DNA of 64,000 bases from an uncultured Chloroflexia bacterium (GCA_963813535.1 CAWEZH010000002.1:1440001-1504000), one strand, 5' to 3'; positions 49,472 through 59,430 are shown, counted from the first letter of the stretch. Notes: generated by a model from the letters alone, not told the origin. Made by a program: numbers and translations.

Positions 49472-50394
49472 CGGTACGTCCCGTAGTCGACCGAGCCCGA
49501 CGGTGCGGGTTCGCTCGGACGCAGGGCGGCTATCCGCTCGGCGCCCAGCTTCTCGACATAGGCGGCCCGACCGTCGAGGTCGTAGACCCACTCACGCAGC
49601 CAGGCCTGGACGGCTTCCTCGTCACGGGTGATCGGGTCCCAATCGAGGTAGAACCGGTTATCCCGGTCGTAGGCGCCCTGGACGTACGAGGGATGAGCGC
49701 CCCACGGCTCGACCACGACCGCGTCGACGATGAGGCCAGGGATGATCGTCCGGTTCGGGTCGGCTCGGATGACCTCCTCCGAGACCAGCTCCTCGACCAC
49801 CACGATCACCCGGTCGGCGGCGAAGGCGACCTCCTTCTGACAGCCGAGCAGACCCCACACCTGGGTGTCGCCGACGGCCGACGCCCGCTGCGCGTGGACG
49901 ATGGCGACGTCCGGCTTGAGCGGTGGCACCGCGTACACCGTGCCGTCGCCGTAGGGCGACTGGATCGGCCGAATCCGCGGGTTCGCCACAGGCAGGTCGG
50001 TCTCGAAATACGAGCGGACGGGGAAGAACGGCAGGTTCATCGCCCCGGCCGTGTAGCGGCCGACCATCCCGAAGTGGCTGTATTCCTCGATCGCCAGGGG
50101 CTGATCGGGGATGTCGCCCTCGATCCGGCGGCGGATGGCTCCCAGACCACCCACACCCGGGTTGCCGAGCCAGCTGAATACGAGCTTCGACGCGACACCG
50201 CCGGCGATCATCTGGTCGTAGATCACGTCGGGCGTCAGTCGCGCGAGCGTCAGGTCGCGCTTGCGCTGGCGGATGATCTCGTGGCCGGCGGCAAAGCCGA
50301 TGAGGTGCGTGAACCCCTCGATCGCCACGCTGTCCCCGTCCTTGACGAGGTCGGCCACGGCGTCAAGCATCGACGCCGTCTTGTCGGTACTCAC
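49468..50394 (-). CDS. Family I CoA-transferase alpha subunit (GctA-like)
   Basis: VKDGDSVAIEGF, EEYSH, PDVAIVHAQRA, PWGAHPSY. Confidence 0.9.
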   Translation of the reverse strand: MSTDKTASMLDAVADLVKDGDSVAIEGFTHLIGFAAGHEIIRQRKRDLTLARLTPDVIYDQMIAGGVASKLVFSWLGNPGVGGLGAIRRRIEGDIPDQPLAIEEYSHFGMVGRYTAGAMNLPFFPVRSYFETDLPVANPRIRPIQSPYGDGTVYAVPPLKPDVAIVHAQRASAVGDTQVWGLLGCQKEVAFAADRVIVVVEELVSEEVIRADPNRTIIPGLIVDAVVVEPWGAHPSYVQGAYDRDNRFYLDWDPITRDEEAVQAWLREWVYDLDGRAAYVEKLGAERIAALRPSEPAPSGSVDYGTYR

Positions 50395-50441
50395 CGGGCG
50401 ATGATGACAGCCCGCGACGCGCACCGGCTGAGGAGGGATCG

Positions 50442-51326
50442 ATGACGGAGACCACGGCAGCGCCCCAGATCGATGCTGCGGGCAAGCCCCCGCACGGCAA
50501 TGCCTACAACATCCTCATCCTGGTCCTGACCGTCTTCTCGCTGGCGGTGATGGTGCTGCTCATTCTGCCGCTCGGCGAGGCGACGCTCGAGGTGCTGCGG
50601 TTCTACGACAACGCGATCTGCGTCGTGTTCCTGATCGACTTCGCCGTCAACCTCCTGAGGGCTCGGTCGAAGCGCGGATACTTCATCGGCGATCGCGGCT
50701 GGCTCGACCTCATCGGATCGATCCCGAGCTTCGGCTTCTTTCCCGCCGCCGGGCTGTTCCGGATCGCTCGACTGAGTCGGTTCGCGCGGATCACCCGTCT
50801 GCTCCGCGGCAACAACCGGGGTCAGCTCGTCCAGGACATCCTTCGCAACCGCGGGCAGTACGCCGTTCTGATCACCATCCTCTCCGGGTTCGTCGTCCTG
50901 TCGGTGTCGACGGTGCTGATGGTCCAGTTCGAGAGCCGGTCGGCGGATGCCAACATCACCACGGGCGGCGATGCGCTGTGGTGGGGCTTCACGACGATCA
51001 CCACTGTCGGATACGGCGATCAGTTCCCTGTGACCCCGCTGGGCCGCGCGACGGCCGTGCTGGTCATGTTCGCCGGCGTCGGGATCATCGGGTCCCTTGC
51101 CAGCATCCTGGCGAGCTTCCTCGTGCCGCCACCGGACACCGACGACGCCGGTGAGCCCGAGCACGCCCCGGCGGCCGGTGATGCCGGCGCTCGGGACGGC
51201 CTCTTCGACGAGTTGTCGGCGATCAGGGCTGAGCTCGCCGAGATGCGGTCGCTGATGGGCGGTGGCGGGATGACCGGATCCGCGGGAAGCGGAGCGGCCG
51301 CGCCGAGTCCGGGGAGGGAGGCCTGA
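50442..51326 (+). CDS. Potassium channel with voltage-sensor-like domain
   Basis: RIARLSRFARITR (S4-like), WW..TTITTVGYGD filter. Confidence 0.92.
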   Translation: MTETTAAPQIDAAGKPPHGNAYNILILVLTVFSLAVMVLLILPLGEATLEVLRFYDNAICVVFLIDFAVNLLRARSKRGYFIGDRGWLDLIGSIPSFGFFPAAGLFRIARLSRFARITRLLRGNNRGQLVQDILRNRGQYAVLITILSGFVVLSVSTVLMVQFESRSADANITTGGDALWWGFTTITTVGYGDQFPVTPLGRATAVLVMFAGVGIIGSLASILASFLVPPPDTDDAGEPEHAPAAGDAGARDGLFDELSAIRAELAEMRSLMGGGGMTGSAGSGAAAPSPGREA

Positions 51327-51333
51327 GGGACGG

Positions 51334-52695
51334 CTAACCGCCTGCTTCCACCCCACTGACAGCACCGGCGTCGCTCGCGGATTCGAGCACGCCGCGGCCA
51401 TCGCCGGCGACCTCGGCGACCGCCTCGCCGAAGATCCGCAGCGCCGTCGCCATCTCGCCCTCGCTCACCGTCAGCGGCGGCGACATGCGCACGCTCGAGA
51501 CACCGCACTCGAGGACCAGCAGGCCGCGCTGGAAGCAGGCCCACTGGGCCGCCTCCGCGTGGTCGATCGTGTCGAACTCCACCCCGAGCATGAGGCCCTT
51601 GCCGCGGACATCGCGGATCAGCCCGTCGAACCGATCGGCGAGCGGACGGAGACCGGCCAGCGCCTGCTCGCCGCGCGTCGCCGCATTGGCGATCAACCCA
51701 CCCTCCAGCAGGTCGATGGTCACGAGGCCGGCGGCGCAGGACACGGGGTTGCCACCGAAGGTCGAGCCGTGGCTCCCCGGACCCCACGCCTCCATCAGAT
51801 CAGCCCGCGCGATCATCGCGCCGAGCGGCATGCCACTGGCGATCCCCTTCGCGGTCAACAGGATGTCCGGTTTCACGCCCCAATGCTCGACGGCCCACAT
51901 CCGTCCGGTCCGACCCGCACCTGACTGGATCTCGTCGGCGATCAGCAGGATGCCGTGGCGATCGCAGATCGCGCGAAGGCCCTCCAGGAAGCCATCCTCG
52001 GGGACGATATAGCCGCCTTCGCCCTGGATCGGCTCGACGATGATCGCCGCCACCTCGTCGGAGGGCGCGAGCTTGTCGAACAGGACCTCGTCGAACCAGC
52101 GCAGGTCCTCGACCCGCCCGAACGGCGCGTGGAGGACGCCGGGCAGCAGCGGTCCGAAGCCGGCGTGGTACTTGGCCTTCGATGCGGTGAGCGACACCGC
52201 GCCGTACGTTCGTCCGTGGAAGGCGCCGAGGAACGCGACGACATACGGCCGCTTTGTGGCGCGACGGGCGAGTTTGATGGCGGCCTCGACCGCCTCAGCC
52301 CCGGAGTTGCCTAGGTATGCCCGAGCCGGCCCGTCGATCGGGGCGCTCTCCGCGAGTCGACGGCACAGCTCCGGATAGATGGGCAGGTAGAAATCGGCCG
52401 CCGAGAAGTGGATGAGCTCCGCCGCCTGCTCCTTGATCGCCGCGACGACCTGCGGATGAGCGTGACCGGTCGAGTTGACCGCGATGCCTGCCGCGAAATC
52501 CAGGAACAGATTGCCGTCGATGTCCTCGACGGTCAGACCTTCGCCGCGGACCGGGACCATGGGGTAGGCGCGCGGCAGGCTGGGCGACGTCCACGCCTCG
52601 TCGAACTGGACGTGGGCCCGGGCCTTCGGGCCCGGCAGCTCAGTGACGATGTGCGGGACGGGGCGCTCACCGCTGATCCGCGCTCGACTGGACAA
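51334..52695 (-). CDS. Class III aminotransferase (GabT/ArgD-like)
   Basis: DFAAGIAV, NSGAEAVE, AFHGRT, EPIQGEGG, DEIQSG.GRTG, AKGIASG; start uncertain. Confidence 0.92.
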   Translation of the reverse strand: MSSRARISGERPVPHIVTELPGPKARAHVQFDEAWTSPSLPRAYPMVPVRGEGLTVEDIDGNLFLDFAAGIAVNSTGHAHPQVVAAIKEQAAELIHFSAADFYLPIYPELCRRLAESAPIDGPARAYLGNSGAEAVEAAIKLARRATKRPYVVAFLGAFHGRTYGAVSLTASKAKYHAGFGPLLPGVLHAPFGRVEDLRWFDEVLFDKLAPSDEVAAIIVEPIQGEGGYIVPEDGFLEGLRAICDRHGILLIADEIQSGAGRTGRMWAVEHWGVKPDILLTAKGIASGMPLGAMIARADLMEAWGPGSHGSTFGGNPVSCAAGLVTIDLLEGGLIANAATRGEQALAGLRPLADRFDGLIRDVRGKGLMLGVEFDTIDHAEAAQWACFQRGLLVLECGVSSVRMSPPLTVSEGEMATALRIFGEAVAEVAGDGRGVLESASDAGAVSGVEAGG

Positions 52696-52799
52696 CGCTC
52701 ACCTCGACTCGGCGGACGGGTTCGACTGCATACGGGATATGCAGACTGGATACTCGCGGCGGAGTATACCGAGCGGTCCGGGGCGCGGGTCCCGCCGGT

Positions 52800-53357
52800 T
52801 CAGCCGATGGTGCGGCGGCGCCACCAGGTCGCGAATGCGCCCAAGGCCAGGCCGATGGCGAGGCCGGCCAGACCGACGATCGCGAGGGAGGCCGGATCGT
52901 TGGCGGGTTGCGCGGGTGCGGGCTGGATCGCCGATGCCAGGGCGGCACCCTCGTCGCTGCCGTCGGCGGCCGCACCATCTCCGGCCACGATCGCTCCGAC
53001 CATGCCGGGATGGAGCGGGCACGTGTACGGGTAGATGCCCGCGGCGGCGAACGTCTCCGAGTGCTCGGTACCGGGGTCGAGGAGGACACTTCCCCATGTG
53101 CCGGATCGGCCGACGACCTGATGCTGGATCGTCGCGGTATTCAGGAAGCGGACGGTCGTCCCGACCGCGACCCTGCTGACAGTCGGCGCGAAGCTGCAGG
53201 TGTCCATGCGGATGACGGTGGTCCCGGCGCCCTCCATGTACACGCTTCCGTCCGCATCCGCGTGACACCCACCGCCGGCCTCGACGATGGCCGGCAGGGC
53301 ACCAGCGAGGAGGAGCAGCAGGACGGCAGTGAGCAGGGCGAGCGATCTTCGATGCAT
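52800..53357 (-). CDS. Membrane-anchored cupredoxin (plastocyanin/azurin-like)
   Basis: Signal peptide, GGGCH, QHQV, YTCPLHPGMVG type-1 Cu ligands, C-terminal TM + RRR. Confidence 0.9.
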   Translation of the reverse strand: MHRRSLALLTAVLLLLLAGALPAIVEAGGGCHADADGSVYMEGAGTTVIRMDTCSFAPTVSRVAVGTTVRFLNTATIQHQVVGRSGTWGSVLLDPGTEHSETFAAAGIYPYTCPLHPGMVGAIVAGDGAAADGSDEGAALASAIQPAPAQPANDPASLAIVGLAGLAIGLALGAFATWWRRRTIG

Positions 53358-53368
53358 CTCGCCCCTTC

Positions 53369-53395
53369 TACACCGCGCAGATGCCCGGGGTTCCC
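53369..53395 (-). promoter_or_regulatory. ECF promoter copy 3
   Basis: GGGAACC-N14-GGTGTA ending 11 nt before the cupredoxin ATG. Confidence 0.8.
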
Positions 53396-53420
53396 GGAGA
53401 CATGCGGCGCAGGACCGCGA

Positions 53421-55001
53421 CTAGTCGACCACCGTGTGCGACTGCTCGCGGAGGAACTGCGCGACGTAGTACATCGACAGGCCTGCCTTGCCGGTCGAGC
53501 CACTGCCCTTCCACCCGCCGAACGCCTGGATGCCCGGCCATGCGCCGGTGGTCGCACCCGCACGCCGGTTTACATACAGGACGCCCGCCTGGATCCGATC
53601 GAGGAACTGCTGGACCTCGCCCTGATCCTCGCTGTACACGCCGGCGGTCAGCCCATAGACCGAGTCGTTGGCGAGCGTCAGCGCCTCGTCGAGCGAGTCA
53701 ACAGCGTGCACCGCGGTCAGCGGCGCGAAGAACTCGTCGCGGAAGACGCGATGATCGGCCGGCAGACCGCCGACGACGGTCGGCTCGACGTAGTAGCCAC
53801 GGTCCTTGTCTCCGTCGTTGAGACGCTCCCCGCCGATCAGCACCCGACCGTCACGTCGCGCCTCGCTCACCGCCTGCTGGTGGCGGTCGACGGCACGCTG
53901 GTCGACGATCGGTCCGAGCCAGTTCTCACGCTTGATCGGGTCGCCGATGACGATCGACTCCGCCTTCTCGACGAGCAACCGGACCAACTCGTCGTGCACC
54001 GCCCGCTCGACGTAGACGCGCGAATTGGCCGAGCACTTCTGCCCGCCGAACCCGAACGCGGAACGCATGATCCCCTCGGCCGCCTCATCGAGGTCGGCGT
54101 TGCGGGTGACGATCGCCGGGTTCTTGCCCCCCATCTCGACGATGCACGGTCGCGGCCACGTCTTCGAGAACGTACGGAACAGCTCCATGCCCACCGCGTA
54201 CGACCCGGTAAACACGATGCCGTCCACGCCCGGGTGATCCTGGAGCGCCTGCCCGACGGTCTCGCCTGGCCCCATCACGAGGTTGACGACGCCCTGCGGC
54301 ACGCCGGCATCGATGTATGCCTGGAGCATGTTCTGGGCCGATAGCGGGGAGGCGGACGACGGCTTGATCACCACCGTGTTGCCGGCCATCATCGCGGCGC
54401 TCGACGGTCCCGTCGCCAAAGCCATCGGGAAGTTGAACGGGCTGACGACCGCGAAGACACCGTGCGGGCGGAGGATCGACCGGGTGTGCACGGACGTGTC
54501 CCCGAGGTTGCCCATCGGGTGGTCGTACCCGTCGTTGTCCTCCATGGTCTGCGCGTAGTAGCGGATGAGGTCGGCCAATTCCTCGACCTCCCCGAGCGAC
54601 TCGATGCGGTTCTTGCCGACCTCGTAGCTCATCGCCGCGGAGTAGTCGAAAAGCCGGTCGCTGATGAGCTCGGCCGCCCGCCGCAGGATCGCGAGGCGCT
54701 CACGCCACGGCGTCGCAGCCCAGGCCGGCTGCGCCCGCCGGGCCGCCGCGACCGCGTCGTCGATGTCGGCCGGCGAGCCGCTGGCGAACGTGCCGAGCGG
54801 GATGTCGGTGTCGATGGGCGAGCGCCCCTCGAACGTCCCGACGCCATCCCGCCGCGCCCCGTCGATGTAGTTCTGGTGGGAGGCCCCAAGCTCGCCGCGA
54901 ACCTTCGTCGCGGCTTCCTCGAAGCCCGCGTGGAGGTCTTCGTTGTCGGCGCGCAAGGTCGCGTACGTGACCTTGATGCGGGGCTTGGCCTCGGACGTCA
55001 T
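53421..55001 (-). CDS. Aldehyde dehydrogenase, P5C-dehydrogenase (RocA/PruA)-like
   Basis: SPFNFP, FTGS, EMGGKN, FGGQKCSANSR, YVNRRAGATTGA, FGGWKGSG. Confidence 0.9.
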   Translation of the reverse strand: MTSEAKPRIKVTYATLRADNEDLHAGFEEAATKVRGELGASHQNYIDGARRDGVGTFEGRSPIDTDIPLGTFASGSPADIDDAVAAARRAQPAWAATPWRERLAILRRAAELISDRLFDYSAAMSYEVGKNRIESLGEVEELADLIRYYAQTMEDNDGYDHPMGNLGDTSVHTRSILRPHGVFAVVSPFNFPMALATGPSSAAMMAGNTVVIKPSSASPLSAQNMLQAYIDAGVPQGVVNLVMGPGETVGQALQDHPGVDGIVFTGSYAVGMELFRTFSKTWPRPCIVEMGGKNPAIVTRNADLDEAAEGIMRSAFGFGGQKCSANSRVYVERAVHDELVRLLVEKAESIVIGDPIKRENWLGPIVDQRAVDRHQQAVSEARRDGRVLIGGERLNDGDKDRGYYVEPTVVGGLPADHRVFRDEFFAPLTAVHAVDSLDEALTLANDSVYGLTAGVYSEDQGEVQQFLDRIQAGVLYVNRRAGATTGAWPGIQAFGGWKGSGSTGKAGLSMYYVAQFLREQSHTVVD

Positions 55002-55191
55002 GTCGGATCCTCGTGAAGCGGGCGGGCACAGAGTGCGCCAAGTCTAGAGCCGGCGAGTCGACCCGAGTCACGCTGCGTGCTCGGCAAACACCCGGATGAC
55101 AGATCGAGCACGAAGAATGAGTCACGCCGACGTCGACGGCGCCCATACCCTGTGAATGCCCGACGTGGTCGGGCGGCCATTGGCGGAAGAC

Positions 55192-55740
55192 GTGGATACC
55201 GATCTCATCGGACGGGCGCAACGCGGTGACGAGGAGGCCTTCGCGAGCCTCGCCGTCGCAGCGGGCGACCGGCTCCACGCGGTGGCGCACAGGATCCTGC
55301 GCGACACCGACCTCGCCGAGGATGCGACGCAGCAGGCGCTGCTGAGCATCTGGCGGGACCTTCCGCAGCTCCGCGACCCGACGCGCTTTGACGCCTGGTC
55401 GTACCGGCTCCTCGTGCGCGCCTGCTACGCCGAGGGAAGCCGGGAGCGCCGGTCCGCTTCGAATGTCCGTCTCATCCCGGCCAATTCGACCGGAGTGAGT
55501 GAGGGCCTGAGCTCGGTCGTCGATCGCGACCAGCTCGAGCGTGGCTTCCGGCGCCTCTCCATCGACCATCGTGCGGTGGTGGTGCTCCACCACTACCTCG
55601 ACCTGCCGCTCGACGAGGTCGCCGATGTGCTCGGCGTCCCCGCCGGGACGGTCCGATCCCGATTGCATCACGCGATGCGCGGCCTGCGTGCGGCCCTCGA
55701 GGCAGACGCCAGACCAGGCACGCGGGAGGTTGCCCAGTGA
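55192..55740 (+). CDS. ECF sigma factor
   Basis: AEDATQQA, FDAWSYRLLV, EVA..LGVPAGTVRSRLH. Confidence 0.9.
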   Translation: MDTDLIGRAQRGDEEAFASLAVAAGDRLHAVAHRILRDTDLAEDATQQALLSIWRDLPQLRDPTRFDAWSYRLLVRACYAEGSRERRSASNVRLIPANSTGVSEGLSSVVDRDQLERGFRRLSIDHRAVVVLHHYLDLPLDEVADVLGVPAGTVRSRLHHAMRGLRAALEADARPGTREVAQ

Positions 55741-56726
55741 GCACCGATCGCGACGTCACCCGCATCGTTCGGTCGTGGTTGGAGGATGGCGCGACCGCGC
55801 TGCCGGACCGCGTCCTGGACAGCGTGCTCGACCAGCTCCCCGCGACCTCACAGCGCCGTGCCTGGTGGCCGGCGTGGAGGTTGAGAGAGATGAACAATGC
55901 CTTGAAGCTCGCGATCGCTGCGGTGGCCGTGGTGGTCGTGGCGCTCGTGGGGATCAACCTTCTGCCGAGGAGCGACGGTGTCGGCGGATCCGGCACGTCG
56001 GCGAGTCCCGCGCCGTCGCCGACCGCATCGCCATCGGCATCGCTCAGTCGATCGCCCTCGCCATCTCCGGTGCTGTTCCCGAACGGCCCACTACCGGCGG
56101 GCAGCTATACGATCCAGCCATTCGTGGGCCCCGGGGGTCTGTGCCTGGGGCAGGCTGGCTGCACGGAAGCGGGCGCGGAGGACGACTCGATCCGCATCAC
56201 GGTCACCGTTCCGGACGGCTGGTCAGGGTTCGAAATCAGTGTCGCTCCCTCCGTCGAGAGATTCTCGCCACCCGGTGGAGCCAATTTGCTCTTCATGCGC
56301 GGCGGCTGGTTGCACACCGTCTGGCAGGTCTGTGGGGGATCCGGACCGGACATTCCGACCGGACCGAACATCTCGACCGGCACGACCGTCGACGAGTTCG
56401 TGACGGCGCTCGTGGATCACCCTGACCTCGACGTGACCAGTCCTGTGGACGTGACGCTGGCCGGATACTCCGGGAAGTACCTGGAGCTCCAGGCGCCCGA
56501 CAACATCGCCGCGAACCAGGACAGCCCGGCCCAAGGGGAGTGCGCCTACTACTTCGTGTGGGAACCCGGCATCTACGCCCAGGGACCGAACGCCCTGTGG
56601 CGCATCTGGGTCCTTGATGTGAACGGGGTCCGAGTGCTGGTCCGGGCCGACAGCTTCCCCGGCACGAGTCCAGAAATCCAAGCCCAACTCCAGGCGATCG
56701 TGGACTCCATCCACATCGAACCGTGA
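55737..56726 (+). CDS. Putative anti-sigma/membrane sensor protein
   Basis: GTGA overlap with the sigma; short N-terminal domain, TM, Ser/Pro linker, Cys-containing extracellular domain. Confidence 0.78.
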   Translation: MSTDRDVTRIVRSWLEDGATALPDRVLDSVLDQLPATSQRRAWWPAWRLREMNNALKLAIAAVAVVVVALVGINLLPRSDGVGGSGTSASPAPSPTASPSASLSRSPSPSPVLFPNGPLPAGSYTIQPFVGPGGLCLGQAGCTEAGAEDDSIRITVTVPDGWSGFEISVAPSVERFSPPGGANLLFMRGGWLHTVWQVCGGSGPDIPTGPNISTGTTVDEFVTALVDHPDLDVTSPVDVTLAGYSGKYLELQAPDNIAANQDSPAQGECAYYFVWEPGIYAQGPNALWRIWVLDVNGVRVLVRADSFPGTSPEIQAQLQAIVDSIHIEP

Positions 56727-56960
56727 CGCGACGCCGGGTCGAGTGGCATCTGCCTCCCGACCCGGCCGTCAGACGCGACGGTTGAGCCAATGCCGGATGA
56801 TCGGCAACCAGGCCGCTCCGTCGTGTCGAAGGGCGAGCTCCCCTCGCCCGGTGTCATCGCGATGACCTGATCGGGTCCGTCCACGGCGGCAGCGTTGGTG
56901 TCGGGAGGAGCGTCGGGACGGGGAGCGGCGGAAGGGTCGGCAGCGGAAAGGCCGCCCCTA

Positions 56961-57578
56961 CTAGGTCGTCGGTGGCACGAACGTGATCCGGAGCCTCTGC
57001 TCGGTCGAGCGGTCGTCGCCGAGCCGGAAGACGAGGGTGTTCTCACCTTCGTTCAGGCGCACTGCCATGGCCCAGTGGCCGGTGTCGTCAGCCGTGGCGT
57101 GCTGGTCGAACCCGAAACTGACGTCGCGCGTCACCTCGAGGCCTGGCGGAGCGAGGCCGATGACCGTCACCTCACCGATGGCGACCGCGGTGCCGTCCTG
57201 CGGACTCTGGAAGCTCAGCCCGACGATCGGTGCCGACGGCGCAGCCGGCACCTCGCCAGGCGCCAGCGACCCTGCCGGATCCGGCGATCCGCCCAGCGGT
57301 GGGACGCCACTCGGACCAGCGGATGGCCGCGACAGCAGGGCATAGCCGATCAATCCGGCGGCGATGACCACGGCACCGAGGACGATCGGCGCGATACGAG
57401 GACCTCGTTCGCGTTCCACGTGTCTCGGCTCGAGGTCCTCGTCCTCACCGGGCTCCGCAGGCGCTACCGGCCGTTGGCTGAGTTCGTCGACGTTGAAGCC
57501 GCACTTCGGGCAGTACGGGTGGCCAGCCACGAGGCTCGTCCCGCAGCGTGGACAGAAGCGGAAACCGTCGTCTGCCAT
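56961..57578 (-). CDS. Zinc-ribbon, single-TM protein with C-terminal Ig-like domain
   Basis: FCPRCG...YCPKCG, TM, W...V.LNEGENTL.F. Confidence 0.8.
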   Translation of the reverse strand: MADDGFRFCPRCGTSLVAGHPYCPKCGFNVDELSQRPVAPAEPGEDEDLEPRHVERERGPRIAPIVLGAVVIAAGLIGYALLSRPSAGPSGVPPLGGSPDPAGSLAPGEVPAAPSAPIVGLSFQSPQDGTAVAIGEVTVIGLAPPGLEVTRDVSFGFDQHATADDTGHWAMAVRLNEGENTLVFRLGDDRSTEQRLRITFVPPTT

Positions 57579-57635
57579 CAACGCGTCCCACCAGTTTCGT
57601 TTATGCCGAAGTTCACATCTCGGTTCGGCGCCGCC

Positions 57636-58475
57636 TCAGTGGACCCCAAGCTCCTCGATCGTATAGCCGTTCGGGTACGTTGGGTGCCGTCGGCGGGTGA
57701 TCAAACGTGGAGCCCGCCGCGGGGGCAGGCGACGGACGATCCTGCCCCGGAGCCGGACCGCCCCCTCCATGATGCTCCGCACGGCGGGGTGCGGGCGGGG
57801 CAGTCCGACGGCTGCCAGCAGGTCGTTGTCCATCATCGCGTGGACGAACGGTCGACCGAGCGGCCAGAGGGATCGGGGCAGATACCAACTCAGGAGCAGG
57901 TCACGCGTCGCGCGGGCGAGGGCTCGGTTCTCCGGCGCGAAGTGGTAGTTCTCGATCGCGAAATCGACGTTGTAGCGCTCGAACGTCTCGTAGTCCTCGG
58001 GTACGTCTTGGATCGCCATCCGTTTGGCGATCTCGCGCCAGAAGTAGAAGGACGCCAGCTTCTCCTCGCGCAGCAGCGGCCGCCACCCGAACCGCTGGTT
58101 CCAGCGGATCGGCTCGAACACGAACGTCGATAGGACGTAGAGGAATTCGTCGTTCGGGATCGCGTAGCGGCCGTGCATCTGGTTGATCCGCCGCAGCGCC
58201 GCCTTACCGCGCTGGCTGTCGTAGCCGTGCTCCAGGATCTCTGCCAGCAGTAGCACCGTGTCGTCATACCGCTTCTGGGTCCGCTCCGTGAACTCGCCCG
58301 TGCCCGCGAGCAGGGCGGTCCCCTTTGCGACGGCGAACGCACGGAACAGTGCCAGCTCAAGCGACCGCGTCGTGTCCCACGGGAACTCGTGGAGCGACGT
58401 CAGGAAGGCGATCCGCTGATGGTCATTCAGCGGATCGAGGCGTCGGATCTCCTGCAACACCGCGTCGCGCGCCAC
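57636..58475 (-). CDS. MpaB/DUF2236-family oxygenase-like protein
   Basis: TGEF...QKRYDDT, RINQMHGRY.I.NDEFLYVLSTF, YPNGY. Confidence 0.85.
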   Translation of the reverse strand: MARDAVLQEIRRLDPLNDHQRIAFLTSLHEFPWDTTRSLELALFRAFAVAKGTALLAGTGEFTERTQKRYDDTVLLLAEILEHGYDSQRGKAALRRINQMHGRYAIPNDEFLYVLSTFVFEPIRWNQRFGWRPLLREEKLASFYFWREIAKRMAIQDVPEDYETFERYNVDFAIENYHFAPENRALARATRDLLLSWYLPRSLWPLGRPFVHAMMDNDLLAAVGLPRPHPAVRSIMEGAVRLRGRIVRRLPPRRAPRLITRRRHPTYPNGYTIEELGVH

Positions 58476-58545
58476 GCCCACCTCCGTCGGCCTATCCAGC
58501 ATAGCGAGCCCGAACGGTCATACGCTTAGACCGTCGTCCTCTGCC

Positions 58546-59430
58546 TCAGGCGCTCGACCCGGCATCGAGCGCGGCAACGACATCGGCCAGCGACGGCGCG
58601 ACCGCATGGGGCAATCGACCACCACGCTCTCGGGCAGCCTGCTCGACATCCGCCTCCCCGTGCTTGCCGGACAGCACCAGCACCCCGCGCAGACCGGCCC
58701 GTTGTGCGGCGCGAACGTCGGTTCGCACGTCGTCGCCGACCATCGCGATGTCCGCCCGCGCGAGGTCGCGACCCGCCTCCTTGCGCAGGTCGCGGACGGC
58801 CTGCGCGAAGAAGGCCGGCGACGGCTTGCCGATGACTCGTGCCCGGGTCTCCGCGGCGAACTCGAGACCGACCACGAACGACCCGGAATCGAGTGTCGGC
58901 CCGTCCGGCGTCAGCCACCATGGGTTGCGGTGCATGCCGACCAGCGTCGCCCCAGCGCGGATCAGTCGGAACGCTCGGTTGAGGTTGTCGAACGTGGCCT
59001 CCTCGGGCGAGTCCCCGATGACGACCGCCGCGACCGTCGCGCCCTTCGCCCCCGCCTCGTCATGGCTGAGCAGCCGCTGGCCGGCGAACTCGCGCCTGGC
59101 GTCCTCGGATGCCAGGACGTACAGCGGTGCGTCCGGATAGGTCCGCGCCGTCCACGCCGCCGACGCCGACAGGGCGGATTCGAACCGCTCCGCCGGGATC
59201 GGGACGCCGAGCTTCCCGGACCAGCGCGACAGGGTCTGGCGGCTGACAGCAGAGGTGTTCGTGACGATCCGGTACGGCATCCGCCGACGCTCGAGGACGG
59301 CGACGGCCTCCGCGGACCCGGGGATGATCGTGCCCGCCAGCACGATCACGCCATCGAGGTCGAGCAATAACGCCCGGACGCCCCGCATCGCGGCGCCCAC
59401 ATCGGTCGGCGGGTCCGGCGCGTCGGGCAT
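58546..59430 (-). CDS. HAD-IIA hydrolase (LHPP/HDHD2-like)
   Basis: DLDGV, VTNT, GKPS, MVGDD..TDV, SGK. Confidence 0.9.
   Translation of the reverse strand: MPDAPDPPTDVGAAMRGVRALLLDLDGVIVLAGTIIPGSAEAVAVLERRRMPYRIVTNTSAVSRQTLSRWSGKLGVPIPAERFESALSASAAWTARTYPDAPLYVLASEDARREFAGQRLLSHDEAGAKGATVAAVVIGDSPEEATFDNLNRAFRLIRAGATLVGMHRNPWWLTPDGPTLDSGSFVVGLEFAAETRARVIGKPSPAFFAQAVRDLRKEAGRDLARADIAMVGDDVRTDVRAAQRAGLRGVLVLSGKHGEADVEQAARERGGRLPHAVAPSLADVVAALDAGSSA

Noticed and set aside
56727-56960. Intergenic gap as a gene or RNA
   Set aside because: No convincing ORF, promoter or recognisable structure.
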